A DNA stretch of 63,571 nt from Candidatus Moraniibacteriota bacterium (GTDB lineage: Bacteria > Patescibacteriota > Minisyncoccia > Moranbacterales > UBA1568), in the NCBI GenBank assembly GCA_052034975.1, contig JBPOIA010000001.1, forward strand, positions 1-63,571, given 5' to 3'. The translations under genes and the position numbers were made by a program. The notes under the pieces are model-generated. The model searched no databases, was not told where the DNA came from, and worked only from the letters and a program-made list of their open reading frames with translations. Of this stretch, positions 56,170 through 63,571 are shown one piece after another (positions within the stretch are counted from its first letter, which is position 1; each line of letters starts with the position of its first letter).

Positions 56170-57057
56170 ATGCATACCAGTGAATCAAGAAAAATCAAAA
56201 AAGCCATTCTTCCGGTCGCGGGTTTTGGCACGCGCTTTCTGCCGGCGACTAAAGCCCAACCGAAAGAGATGCTGCCGGTCGTCGACAAGCCGGTGGTACA
56301 GTACTTGGTCGAGGAAGCGGTGGCGTCCGGCATCGAGGAAATCATCTTCGTCACCGGCCGCGGCAAACGCGCTATCGAGGATCATTTCGACGTCTCGTAT
56401 GAGCTCGAAGACACGCTGGTCGAAAAAAACAAGCACGATCTTTTGGAAACGGTACAGAAAATTTCCGGTTTGGCACGGTTTTCCTATGTGCGCCAGCCCG
56501 TGCCGCTCGGCGATGGACACGCGCTTTTGCAGGCAGCGCATCTTGTGGATGACGACGAAAGCGTACTGGTCATTTTTGGCGACTGTATTTATGACAGCAC
56601 GGTACCGGCAGCCAAACAGCTTGTCGAAGCGTACGAAAAGCATCACGCGCCGATCATCGGACTGTCGGAAGTGGCGCTCGAAGACGTGTCGAAATTCGGC
56701 GTGATCGGCGGGGAATCGATAGGCGAACGTGACTGGAAAATAACGCACATCGTGGAAAAACCGAAACCAGAAAATGCACCGAGTCGCGCGGTGGCCGTGG
56801 GAAAATATATCATCACGCGCGATGTGTTTGAAACGCTCGCTTCGATGGAATCGGGAAAATCGGGAGAAGTCCGTCTTTCGGACGCGTTCGGTTTAATGCT
56901 TGAAAAGGGTATGCCGATGTATGGCCGGATGCTCGATGGGACCTGGCTCGATACGGGCGATAAGTTCAATTTCTTGCAAGCGACGATCCATCTGGGCCTC
57001 AAGCACCCGGAAGTGGGGGAAAAGTTGCGGACGTACCTAAAAGGGCTTTCATTGTAG
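56170..57057 (+). CDS. galU: UTP--glucose-1-phosphate uridylyltransferase
   Basis: KAILPVAGFGTRFLPATKAQPKEMLPVVDKPVVQYLVEEA, and VEKP. Confidence 0.93.
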   Translation: MHTSESRKIKKAILPVAGFGTRFLPATKAQPKEMLPVVDKPVVQYLVEEAVASGIEEIIFVTGRGKRAIEDHFDVSYELEDTLVEKNKHDLLETVQKISGLARFSYVRQPVPLGDGHALLQAAHLVDDDESVLVIFGDCIYDSTVPAAKQLVEAYEKHHAPIIGLSEVALEDVSKFGVIGGESIGERDWKITHIVEKPKPENAPSRAVAVGKYIITRDVFETLASMESGKSGEVRLSDAFGLMLEKGMPMYGRMLDGTWLDTGDKFNFLQATIHLGLKHPEVGEKLRTYLKGLSL

Positions 57058-57088
57058 GCGCGCCAAGAAGGGCGGGCCGGATCGGCGT

Positions 57089-57781
57089 ATGTATTTCATC
57101 TATCTCGCCATCTTCATTCTCGCTATCCTGACTCCGAAGATCGTGGAGGAGGGCGCGTTCTTTTTTTCCGAAGAGGATGTCGAATCCCTCCTCATCCTCT
57201 CTTTCGGAGCGCTCGGTTTCGCACTGTATTTGGCGCGGGAAAAGGCGCTTCTGAAGGCGTTCAGCGAGAAGCTTCACCTTCAGAAGCAGACAAACATCAT
57301 CACGCGCGATCTGTCGGATTCGTATTCATATATCGGCGAAATGAACCGTAAGCTCGATATCGTGAAAGAACTCATCTTTCGTTTACCGCAAGAAGCGTCG
57401 GAAGCGGCTCATGAGAAAGGTGCCGATCCGTATCATTCGATACTGGAAGCGGTGCGCCTGCTGACGAAGGCGAAAGCTGTTATTCTCCGTTTCGTCGATA
57501 TCAAAGACGTCTCTGTCATAAGGACGGCTGGTGATATCTCTCACTCTTTATTCGCGAAATTTGATGCGGGAGTGCTGCTCCGGACAAAAAAAACGTTTTG
57601 GGAAGAAGAGGGATGCGCCGTGGTGCGATCACCGAAACAGGCCAACGGCACATTCGGATTCATTGTTTTTCCAAAAGAGATGAATCACGTGGAGGATGTC
57701 GAAATCTTGAAAATTCTCGCTTCCGAAGCCTTGTTTCTTTTCTGTGTCGGACATCGTGCAGAAAACATACCGAAGCAATGA
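57089..57781 (+). CDS. hypothetical membrane protein (230 aa)
   Basis: Two N-terminal TM helices followed by a soluble domain. No domain recognised. Confidence 0.5.
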   Translation: MYFIYLAIFILAILTPKIVEEGAFFFSEEDVESLLILSFGALGFALYLAREKALLKAFSEKLHLQKQTNIITRDLSDSYSYIGEMNRKLDIVKELIFRLPQEASEAAHEKGADPYHSILEAVRLLTKAKAVILRFVDIKDVSVIRTAGDISHSLFAKFDAGVLLRTKKTFWEEEGCAVVRSPKQANGTFGFIVFPKEMNHVEDVEILKILASEALFLFCVGHRAENIPKQ

Positions 57782-57808
57782 TCATTCGCAGCTACTTTTT
57801 TCTTTCGT

Positions 57809-58969
57809 ATGCGTATAGGTATTGACGCGCGTTTTTACGGCTCTGTGGGTAAGGGGCTTGGGCGGTATACGGAAAAGCTCATCGAGCATCTCGAAGCCGT
57901 CGATACAAAGAACGAGTATGTCGTTTTTCTTCGGCGTGAAAACTTCGACGAGTATCATCCGAAGAGTCCGAAATTCCGAAAAGTGCTTGCGCAGTACCAG
58001 TGGTACGGTTTCGCAGAGCAGTTGCTTTTTCCGTTTTTGCTCGATCGCTTCCGTTTTGATCTCGTCCATTTTCCGCATTTCAATGTGCCGCTTCTGTACC
58101 GGCGGCCGTTCATCGTGACGATCCATGACCTCATTCTTCTGCATTATCCGACGCTTCGGAATACGACGCGGAGCCTGCTTTCATATCGTTTGAAATTTTC
58201 TGCGTATCGATGGATTATCCGAAGCGCCATCCGCCGAGCGACACATATTATCACTGTTTCGGCATTTACCAAAAAGGATATCCTGGATCGGTATCCCGAA
58301 GCCCGGGGAAAAGTATCGGTGACGTATGAGGCGGCAGATCTTCTCTGTCGGCGACTACCTCTTCTAGAAGAAAACAATCTTTTTCGGCGACTGGGGCTCA
58401 TCACGGAGGCGGTGTCTTCCCGTGGTATACTACAACCGTATTTCCTGTACGTCGGCAACGCCTATCCACACAAGAATTTGGAGATACTGCTTCGCGCCGC
58501 GCCCGCATTTCGACAATTCCGTTTTGTTCTTGTCGGCAAGGAGGATTATTTTTATACCCGCCTGAAACGCGAAGCCGAAACGCTGAAAACGGACAATGTC
58601 CTTTTTGCGGGATTCCTGACGGACCAGGAACTGGGAACGCTCTATCGGAACGCGACGATTTATATCTTCCCGTCGCTTTACGAGGGATTCGGACTGCCGC
58701 CGCTTGAGGCGATGACATACGGTTTGCCGGTAGTTTCTTCGGATCGAGGCTCGTTGCCGGAAATCCTCGGAGACGCAGCTCTTTATTTCAATCCGGAACG
58801 AACAGAAGATCTTGCGCGGGTCATCTCTTCGCTTCTCTCTGACGAGGAAAGGCTTCGTATGCTCCGGACACGCGGATATGAACGTTCCGGTTGTTACCGA
58901 TGGCGCGATATGGCACTTGCGACGCTGTCCATCTATCAAAAGACACATCAAAACACGCAATCAGGATGA
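57809..58969 (+). CDS. glycosyltransferase family 4 (GT-B, group 1)
   Basis: C-terminal EGFGLPPLEAMTYGLPVV motif and the overall GT1/GT4 layout. Confidence 0.88.
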   Translation: MRIGIDARFYGSVGKGLGRYTEKLIEHLEAVDTKNEYVVFLRRENFDEYHPKSPKFRKVLAQYQWYGFAEQLLFPFLLDRFRFDLVHFPHFNVPLLYRRPFIVTIHDLILLHYPTLRNTTRSLLSYRLKFSAYRWIIRSAIRRATHIITVSAFTKKDILDRYPEARGKVSVTYEAADLLCRRLPLLEENNLFRRLGLITEAVSSRGILQPYFLYVGNAYPHKNLEILLRAAPAFRQFRFVLVGKEDYFYTRLKREAETLKTDNVLFAGFLTDQELGTLYRNATIYIFPSLYEGFGLPPLEAMTYGLPVVSSDRGSLPEILGDAALYFNPERTEDLARVISSLLSDEERLRMLRTRGYERSGCYRWRDMALATLSIYQKTHQNTQSG

Positions 58970-61152
58970 TGTTTTCACCAGAGACAGGTTTTCGAAAAAA
59001 TACCGGACGCCTCTCCGATATACGGCCGGCATCGAAGCCGCCGGTTTCGACGTGGCCGCCGGAACCGCTTCAAAAAAACACCGACTGGCATTTGCCACCG
59101 CAGAGGCCCGTGTGGCAGGAGAATCATTCGCAACTCTCATTCCATCCGCGTCCTCAGTCGAAGACTTTTCCGTATTTCTTGTATGCCGGACGTTTCGTAT
59201 GGTTCGGGGTCATATTTTTCTCGGCACTCATTGCTTTTATTGTCGTCACGAGAGGTATCGAAATGAAACAGGAAGTTCTTGAAGACGGGGAGTTCGGATA
59301 CCGGAGCCTCATCGCCGCCGGAGAAAGTCTGAAAAACGAACAGTATGCAGGATCACTCGAACATTTCAATGCCGCTCACCGGGCATTCAGCGAAGCGGAC
59401 GAGAGAATTTCTTTTTGGGGTGCCGCACTCCTTGACACGGGAAGATTCGTTCCGGGCTTTTCGACATTTGCTTCGGGAAAACGAGTGATAGCCGCGGGGA
59501 CGCACCTGTCGGCGGCAGGCGTGCCGATTGCCCGTATTGCGGAAAGCATATCGCTCTCGAAAGACGCGTATACGAGCGGCGAGAAGGTCTCACTCCTTGA
59601 TTTCTTGACGCGTATCGAAGAACCGCTTTCACAGGCATCCGAGGAGCTTTTGGCGGCGGATCGTGAACTGCAAGCGGTGAATATCGACGATATCCCCGAA
59701 GAAAAGCGGGAGATCTTTCTTGAGGCACGACGGGGATTGTCGGTATTGCTCGGATTCCTCGAAAGTTTCAAGACACATGAATCGCTCTTCTCGGAACTTC
59801 TTGGAGGGAACGGTCCGCGTCGGTACCTTTTCCTGTTCCAAAACAATCATGAATTGCGTGCGACCGGAGGATTTATCGGAAGCTACGCGCTTCTTGATGT
59901 GAATAATGGGGTGGTGCGGCGGTTTTTTGTGGATGGCATCTTCAATCCCGACGGACAGCTGCGCGAGAATATCGTCCCGCCGAAGCCGATCCAAAAAATC
60001 AGCGCCGCGTGGAGTCTGCATGACAGCAACTGGTTTCCGGATTTTCCCGCTTCAGCGGAAAAAGCCATGTTTTTTTACGAGAAGACCGGCGGTCCGACAG
60101 TGGATGGCGTTGTAACGCTGACGCCGACGGTGATGCAGAAGCTTCTTGCTGCGGTCGGACCAATTACTCTTCCGCAGTATGGGATTACGGTGGATGCCGA
60201 TAACTTCATTCCGGTGATTCAGGAACAAGTGGAAGTGAAGTATGATCGGGAAGAGAATCAGCCGAAAAAAGTCTTGGCAGATCTGCTTTCGGCGCTGATG
60301 GAGAAAGTCTTCGCCGTGCAGGATCGGGAAACGCTTTCTGGTATCGCCCAGGCGCTTGTGGAAGGACTGAACGAAAAACACATTCTTCTCTATGCACGGC
60401 ATCAGGGGACACAGACACTTATCGACGAAGCTGGCTGGTCGGGGCGGATGCTCGATACGGAACGGGATTATCTTTCGGTCATCCACACCAATATCAATGG
60501 ATACAAGACCGACGGCGTAATCGAAGAGACGATCCAGCATAAAGCCGAGATTGCGTCCGACGGATCGGTGACGGACACGGTATCTATCACGCGGACACAT
60601 ACGGGCGGACAGACACCGTATGATTGGTGGAATCGGGTAAATGCGGATTATTTGCGCGTTTACGTGCCGAAGGGATCGAAACTTCTTTCCGCGCGCGGGG
60701 CGACGTGGGAATTTCCGGAAGCGCCGCTTGATTACGCGAAGCTCGGATTTAAGCGTGATGCCGATGTCGAACGTGAAGAAGCAGGAATGGAGATCGATGA
60801 GAAGAGTGGTACACGCATTTCGACCGATGCGGGCAAAACAGTGTTCGGTGCCTGGGTATACGTGAGTCCGGGGGAGAGTGTCACGGTGGAATACACGTAC
60901 CGTTTGCCGTTTCGCGTGGATGTGAAAAAGATGAGGCAGGGAGGTGCCGGATCGTATGCCGCACTCTATCAGAAGCAATCCGGATCGGTCGGAAGCAGGC
61001 TCGAAACGACCCTTGTGGTTCCGGAGGATTGGAAGCTCATTTGGCAGACTGACACGAATCTGATACCGTATGGACGTGAATGGCGCCTTATGAGCGATCT
61101 CAGAACGGATCGGTTTATCGGGTCGGTTTTTCGTCTTGAATCAATGCAATGA
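58966..61152 (+). CDS. DUF4012 domain membrane-anchored protein
   Basis: ATGA overlap with the GT4 gene. One TM helix (FVWFGVIFFSALIAFIVV). LFLFQNNHELRATGGFIGSYALLDV is the characteristic DUF4012 core. Confidence 0.82.
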   Translation: MMFSPETGFRKNTGRLSDIRPASKPPVSTWPPEPLQKNTDWHLPPQRPVWQENHSQLSFHPRPQSKTFPYFLYAGRFVWFGVIFFSALIAFIVVTRGIEMKQEVLEDGEFGYRSLIAAGESLKNEQYAGSLEHFNAAHRAFSEADERISFWGAALLDTGRFVPGFSTFASGKRVIAAGTHLSAAGVPIARIAESISLSKDAYTSGEKVSLLDFLTRIEEPLSQASEELLAADRELQAVNIDDIPEEKREIFLEARRGLSVLLGFLESFKTHESLFSELLGGNGPRRYLFLFQNNHELRATGGFIGSYALLDVNNGVVRRFFVDGIFNPDGQLRENIVPPKPIQKISAAWSLHDSNWFPDFPASAEKAMFFYEKTGGPTVDGVVTLTPTVMQKLLAAVGPITLPQYGITVDADNFIPVIQEQVEVKYDREENQPKKVLADLLSALMEKVFAVQDRETLSGIAQALVEGLNEKHILLYARHQGTQTLIDEAGWSGRMLDTERDYLSVIHTNINGYKTDGVIEETIQHKAEIASDGSVTDTVSITRTHTGGQTPYDWWNRVNADYLRVYVPKGSKLLSARGATWEFPEAPLDYAKLGFKRDADVEREEAGMEIDEKSGTRISTDAGKTVFGAWVYVSPGESVTVEYTYRLPFRVDVKKMRQGGAGSYAALYQKQSGSVGSRLETTLVVPEDWKLIWQTDTNLIPYGREWRLMSDLRTDRFIGSVFRLESMQ

Positions 61153-62804
61153 TACAGAAGCACATCAGTGGTTTTTTTTCGTGGATGAGTATGCCGGCCC
61201 GGACGGTCGGGGGAGCGGCGCTTTTGATCGCAATCGCCGGCGTCACGAGTCGGTTTCTGGGATTTCTGCGCGATCGGATCTTGGCGTCGAATTTTGGCGC
61301 GGGAGATGTTTTGGATGCGTATTATACAGCCTTCCGTATCCCGGATGCCTTGTATAGTCTCTTGGTGCTTGGAGCATTGTCAGCGGCATTCGTCCCGGTG
61401 TTTACGGAACTGCTTGCCGAGAAACGTGAAGAAAATGCGTGGAAACTCGCATCCGGTGTCTTATATCTCATCGTTTTTTCTCTCGGCATACTTTCTTTGA
61501 TCGGTATCATTTTCGCTCCTGTTTTGACGACGTGGCTGGCCCCGGGTTTTTCGGAAGAGAAACAAGCGATCGTTACGATATTGACAAGAGTGATGCTTTT
61601 TTCGCCGTTCTTCCTCGGTATCAGTGCGGTTTTCGGCGGCGTCCTCACATCATTCAAGCAGTTTGCCGCGTATTCGTTTGCGCCGGTATTCTATAACCTC
61701 GGCATCATATTCGGAGTACTCGTCTTAGTACCCTTGTGTGGCACGGTCGGACTCGGACTCGGAGTAGTCATCGGATCATTTCTCCATATGGTCATCCAGA
61801 TCCCGGCGCTCCGCCGTTCCGGTTTCCGGTATCGTTTTTCCGGTTTGGACGCTTGGCGGGATGCTACTGTTCGAAAAGTCGTCAGACTGATGATTCCGCG
61901 CTCTATTGGAATGGCAGTGAATCAGGTGAGCCTGATCGTGGTCACGGTGTTCGCATCGACGCTCGCGTCCGGCAGTCTAGCCGTCTTTACGCTCGCCAAT
62001 AACATTCAAAGCGTGCCGCTCGGATTGTTTGGCATAGCGTTTTCACTCGCGGCGTTTCCGTCACTGAGTCTGTTTATGGCGGAGAAACGTCATCAGGATT
62101 TTTTCCGGATATTTTCCGAAACGACGCGACGCATTTTGTTTTTCGTCGTGCCGCTCTCGGTGTTGATGGTGGTGTTTCGGGCGCAGTTCGTTCGTGTCAT
62201 TTTGGGCGCTGGACAATTCGATTGGGAAGATACCATCCTGACGTTCGAGGTCCTAAAATGGCTCGCAATCAGTCTCTTTGCCCAAAGTCTCATTCCGCTT
62301 CTCGCGCGCGGGTTCTTTGCACTTCAGAATACGAAGACACCGCTGTATATCGCGCTTATAAGTGAAATCGTTCATATCGCGCTCATCCCGATTCTTTTGC
62401 CGGCATATGCGGTGGAGGGTCTGGCTATCGCGTTTTCGGTTGCGAGCATTCTCAACCTCGTGCTTCTCTATGTCTTTTTGCGGCGGGTGCTGCCCCTATG
62501 GAACGACCGGGCGATATTTGTGCCGGCGACGAAAATATTTTTTGCCGCGCTCCTCAGCGGTGCGGTCGCCCAGCTTTCAAAATCGGTATTCGCGCTTACG
62601 ACGAACGAGCTCGATACGTTTATCGAAGTGTTCCTGCAACTCCTTCTCGGTCTTTCCATCGGCGGCACCGCCTTTATCGTTCTGTGCTATTGGCTGCGGG
62701 TGGACGAGCTTCGGATGATCAAGCGGTTCATTCTCTGCAAGATCCTGCGTCAGCCGGAAACAGCCGTCCTCGCCGAAGACCACCCAGAGCGTGGCGATTG
62801 GTAA
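61149..62804 (+). CDS. murJ: lipid II flippase MurJ (MviN family)
   Basis: SRFLGFLRDRILASNFGAGDVLDAYYTAFRIPD, with about 14 TM segments. ATGA overlap with the upstream gene. Confidence 0.92.
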   Translation: MIQKHISGFFSWMSMPARTVGGAALLIAIAGVTSRFLGFLRDRILASNFGAGDVLDAYYTAFRIPDALYSLLVLGALSAAFVPVFTELLAEKREENAWKLASGVLYLIVFSLGILSLIGIIFAPVLTTWLAPGFSEEKQAIVTILTRVMLFSPFFLGISAVFGGVLTSFKQFAAYSFAPVFYNLGIIFGVLVLVPLCGTVGLGLGVVIGSFLHMVIQIPALRRSGFRYRFSGLDAWRDATVRKVVRLMIPRSIGMAVNQVSLIVVTVFASTLASGSLAVFTLANNIQSVPLGLFGIAFSLAAFPSLSLFMAEKRHQDFFRIFSETTRRILFFVVPLSVLMVVFRAQFVRVILGAGQFDWEDTILTFEVLKWLAISLFAQSLIPLLARGFFALQNTKTPLYIALISEIVHIALIPILLPAYAVEGLAIAFSVASILNLVLLYVFLRRVLPLWNDRAIFVPATKIFFAALLSGAVAQLSKSVFALTTNELDTFIEVFLQLLLGLSIGGTAFIVLCYWLRVDELRMIKRFILCKILRQPETAVLAEDHPERGDW

Positions 62805-62837
62805 AAGAGACGATCCGTTTTTGTCAAAAAAAAGAAA

Positions 62838-62862
62838 GCCACGGGAAACCCGGGGCTTTTTT
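62838..62862. terminator. bidirectional intrinsic terminator
   Basis: gccacggg aaa cccggggc stem with an A-run before it and tttttt after it. It sits between convergent genes. Confidence 0.6.
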
Positions 62863-62888
62863 GTCCGATGAAGAGGTGTTTCTTTCCA

Positions 62889-63089
62889 TCAGGATAACGA
62901 AGAGACTTTTTCGAGAAGGGCGCCGGTGCAGTTTTCCGGAATGAGGACCGGAATGATTCTTTCCGTTCCGCAGGAATCGCACGTGTAGATACGGTGAACG
63001 ATGACGCCCTCCCTTGCCTTTCGGACACTTTCTTCATCCGTGCGAAAGCGCACGAGCAGATCTTTGCAGCGTTCGCAGTATTCGAGCAT
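62889..63089 (-). CDS. small zinc-ribbon protein (66 aa)
   Basis: ATG after the aaggagaa RBS. CERC...CDSC forms a four-Cys ribbon. Confidence 0.5.
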   Translation of the reverse strand: MLEYCERCKDLLVRFRTDEESVRKAREGVIVHRIYTCDSCGTERIIPVLIPENCTGALLEKVSSLS

Positions 63090-63345
63090 CGTATTCTCCT
63101 TCTTGTAAGAGGTCAAGGAACAAAAAACCGGCTCGGTGGAGAGTCGGTGTCTGCGTTGTAGCTTCGTTACAAGACAGAAATCAACTCTTCACCGGGAAGC
63201 CGGTAAAGTAAGACCAAAAAAAGAATGATTGCTGTCCTTGTATCATAAGGAAAGCATAGATGAATAATTGCTATTTGTCAAAAAATCTTTTTTTTGTGCT
63301 ATATTTATAAGGTAAGCCGATCGTAACAAATAAAGATAAAAATAT

Positions 63346-63571
63346 ATGCACCGGTCGCTAATGAAGATCTTCTTGTTTGCGTTTATCCTCTCCTCCTTCT
63401 CTTTCACCCTCGCTTCTCCCGCCTCGGCCGCCCTCGTGCCCTGTGGCCGCTCCGCGGACGATCCTGCCACTACCACGATCGATGAATCCGCTCCCTGTAC
63501 CGTCTGCCATCTCGTCATCGGCGGCAAAGGACTCATCGACTGGGGCTTGAAGGTGATGACCTTCATCGCCA
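63346..63571 (+). CDS. T4SS-type (TrbC/VirB2-like) pilin family protein of the LVPCG type, 5' fragment (runs off the window)
   Basis: Not in the ORF track because it has no stop in the window. Signal peptide MKIFLFAFILSSFSFTLASPASA, then ALVPCG...APCTVCHLVIGGKGLIDWGLKVMTFIA. Confidence 0.65.
   Translation, partial: MHRSLMKIFLFAFILSSFSFTLASPASAALVPCGRSADDPATTTIDESAPCTVCHLVIGGKGLIDWGLKVMTFIA

Noticed and set aside
63243-63566. 107-aa minus-strand ORF at the right edge
   Set aside because: It is antisense to the + strand ORF, which has a clean signal peptide and the LVPCG...CxxCH pilin signature. The minus product has no features.

Overview
This is a 63.6-kb chromosomal segment, coded almost entirely on the + strand. 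The genetic code is standard: TGA is used as a stop, and I count nine ATGA start/stop overlaps.

Gene content in order:
- a five-tRNA operon on the minus strand
- class III ribonucleotide reductase (nrdD/nrdG)
- a dense set of DNA-repair genes: uvrB, an MGMT-like gene, two uvrA paralogues, a short uvrC, xthA and rarA
- a type IV pilus block (pilC, three pseudopilin-like genes, pilM/N/O)
- rlmN and miaB
- an abbreviated dcw cluster (mraZ-rsmH-ftsL-ftsI-murF)
- dTDP-rhamnose and UDP-glucose genes interrupted by glyA
- GT4, DUF4012 and murJ
- the 5' end of a T4SS-type (LVPCG) pilin gene at the right edge

Several features look like a small-genome Patescibacteria/CPR (Parcubacteria-like) organism. 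These are domain-minimised enzymes, a C39-like peptidase, DUF4012, the LVPCG pilin and many unannotatable small proteins. This lineage call is inference only.

The one clear accessory island is a visibly AT-rich ~2.8-kb methylase-endonuclease-methylase cassette at 17.3-20.0 kb.

The observations most worth follow-up are:
1. nrdD is split, with the glycyl-radical domain in a separate ORF joined by an ATGA overlap at an A5 run. This is either biology or a homopolymer error.
2. A UvrA paralogue precisely lacks the insertion domain.
3. An unannotated 38-codon hydrophobic ORF has a consensus promoter, a strong RBS and its own terminator.
4. Two intergenic regions (3427-3570 and 22459-22713) carry long nested helices.
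5. A self-contained two-gene operon of unknown proteins lies next to PIN-PhoH2.
6. The mraZ promoter carries AAAGTGGG operator repeats.

I found no CRISPR array, rRNA, transposase or integrase. All folds, motif matches and homology calls were made by eye or from memory and need computational confirmation.
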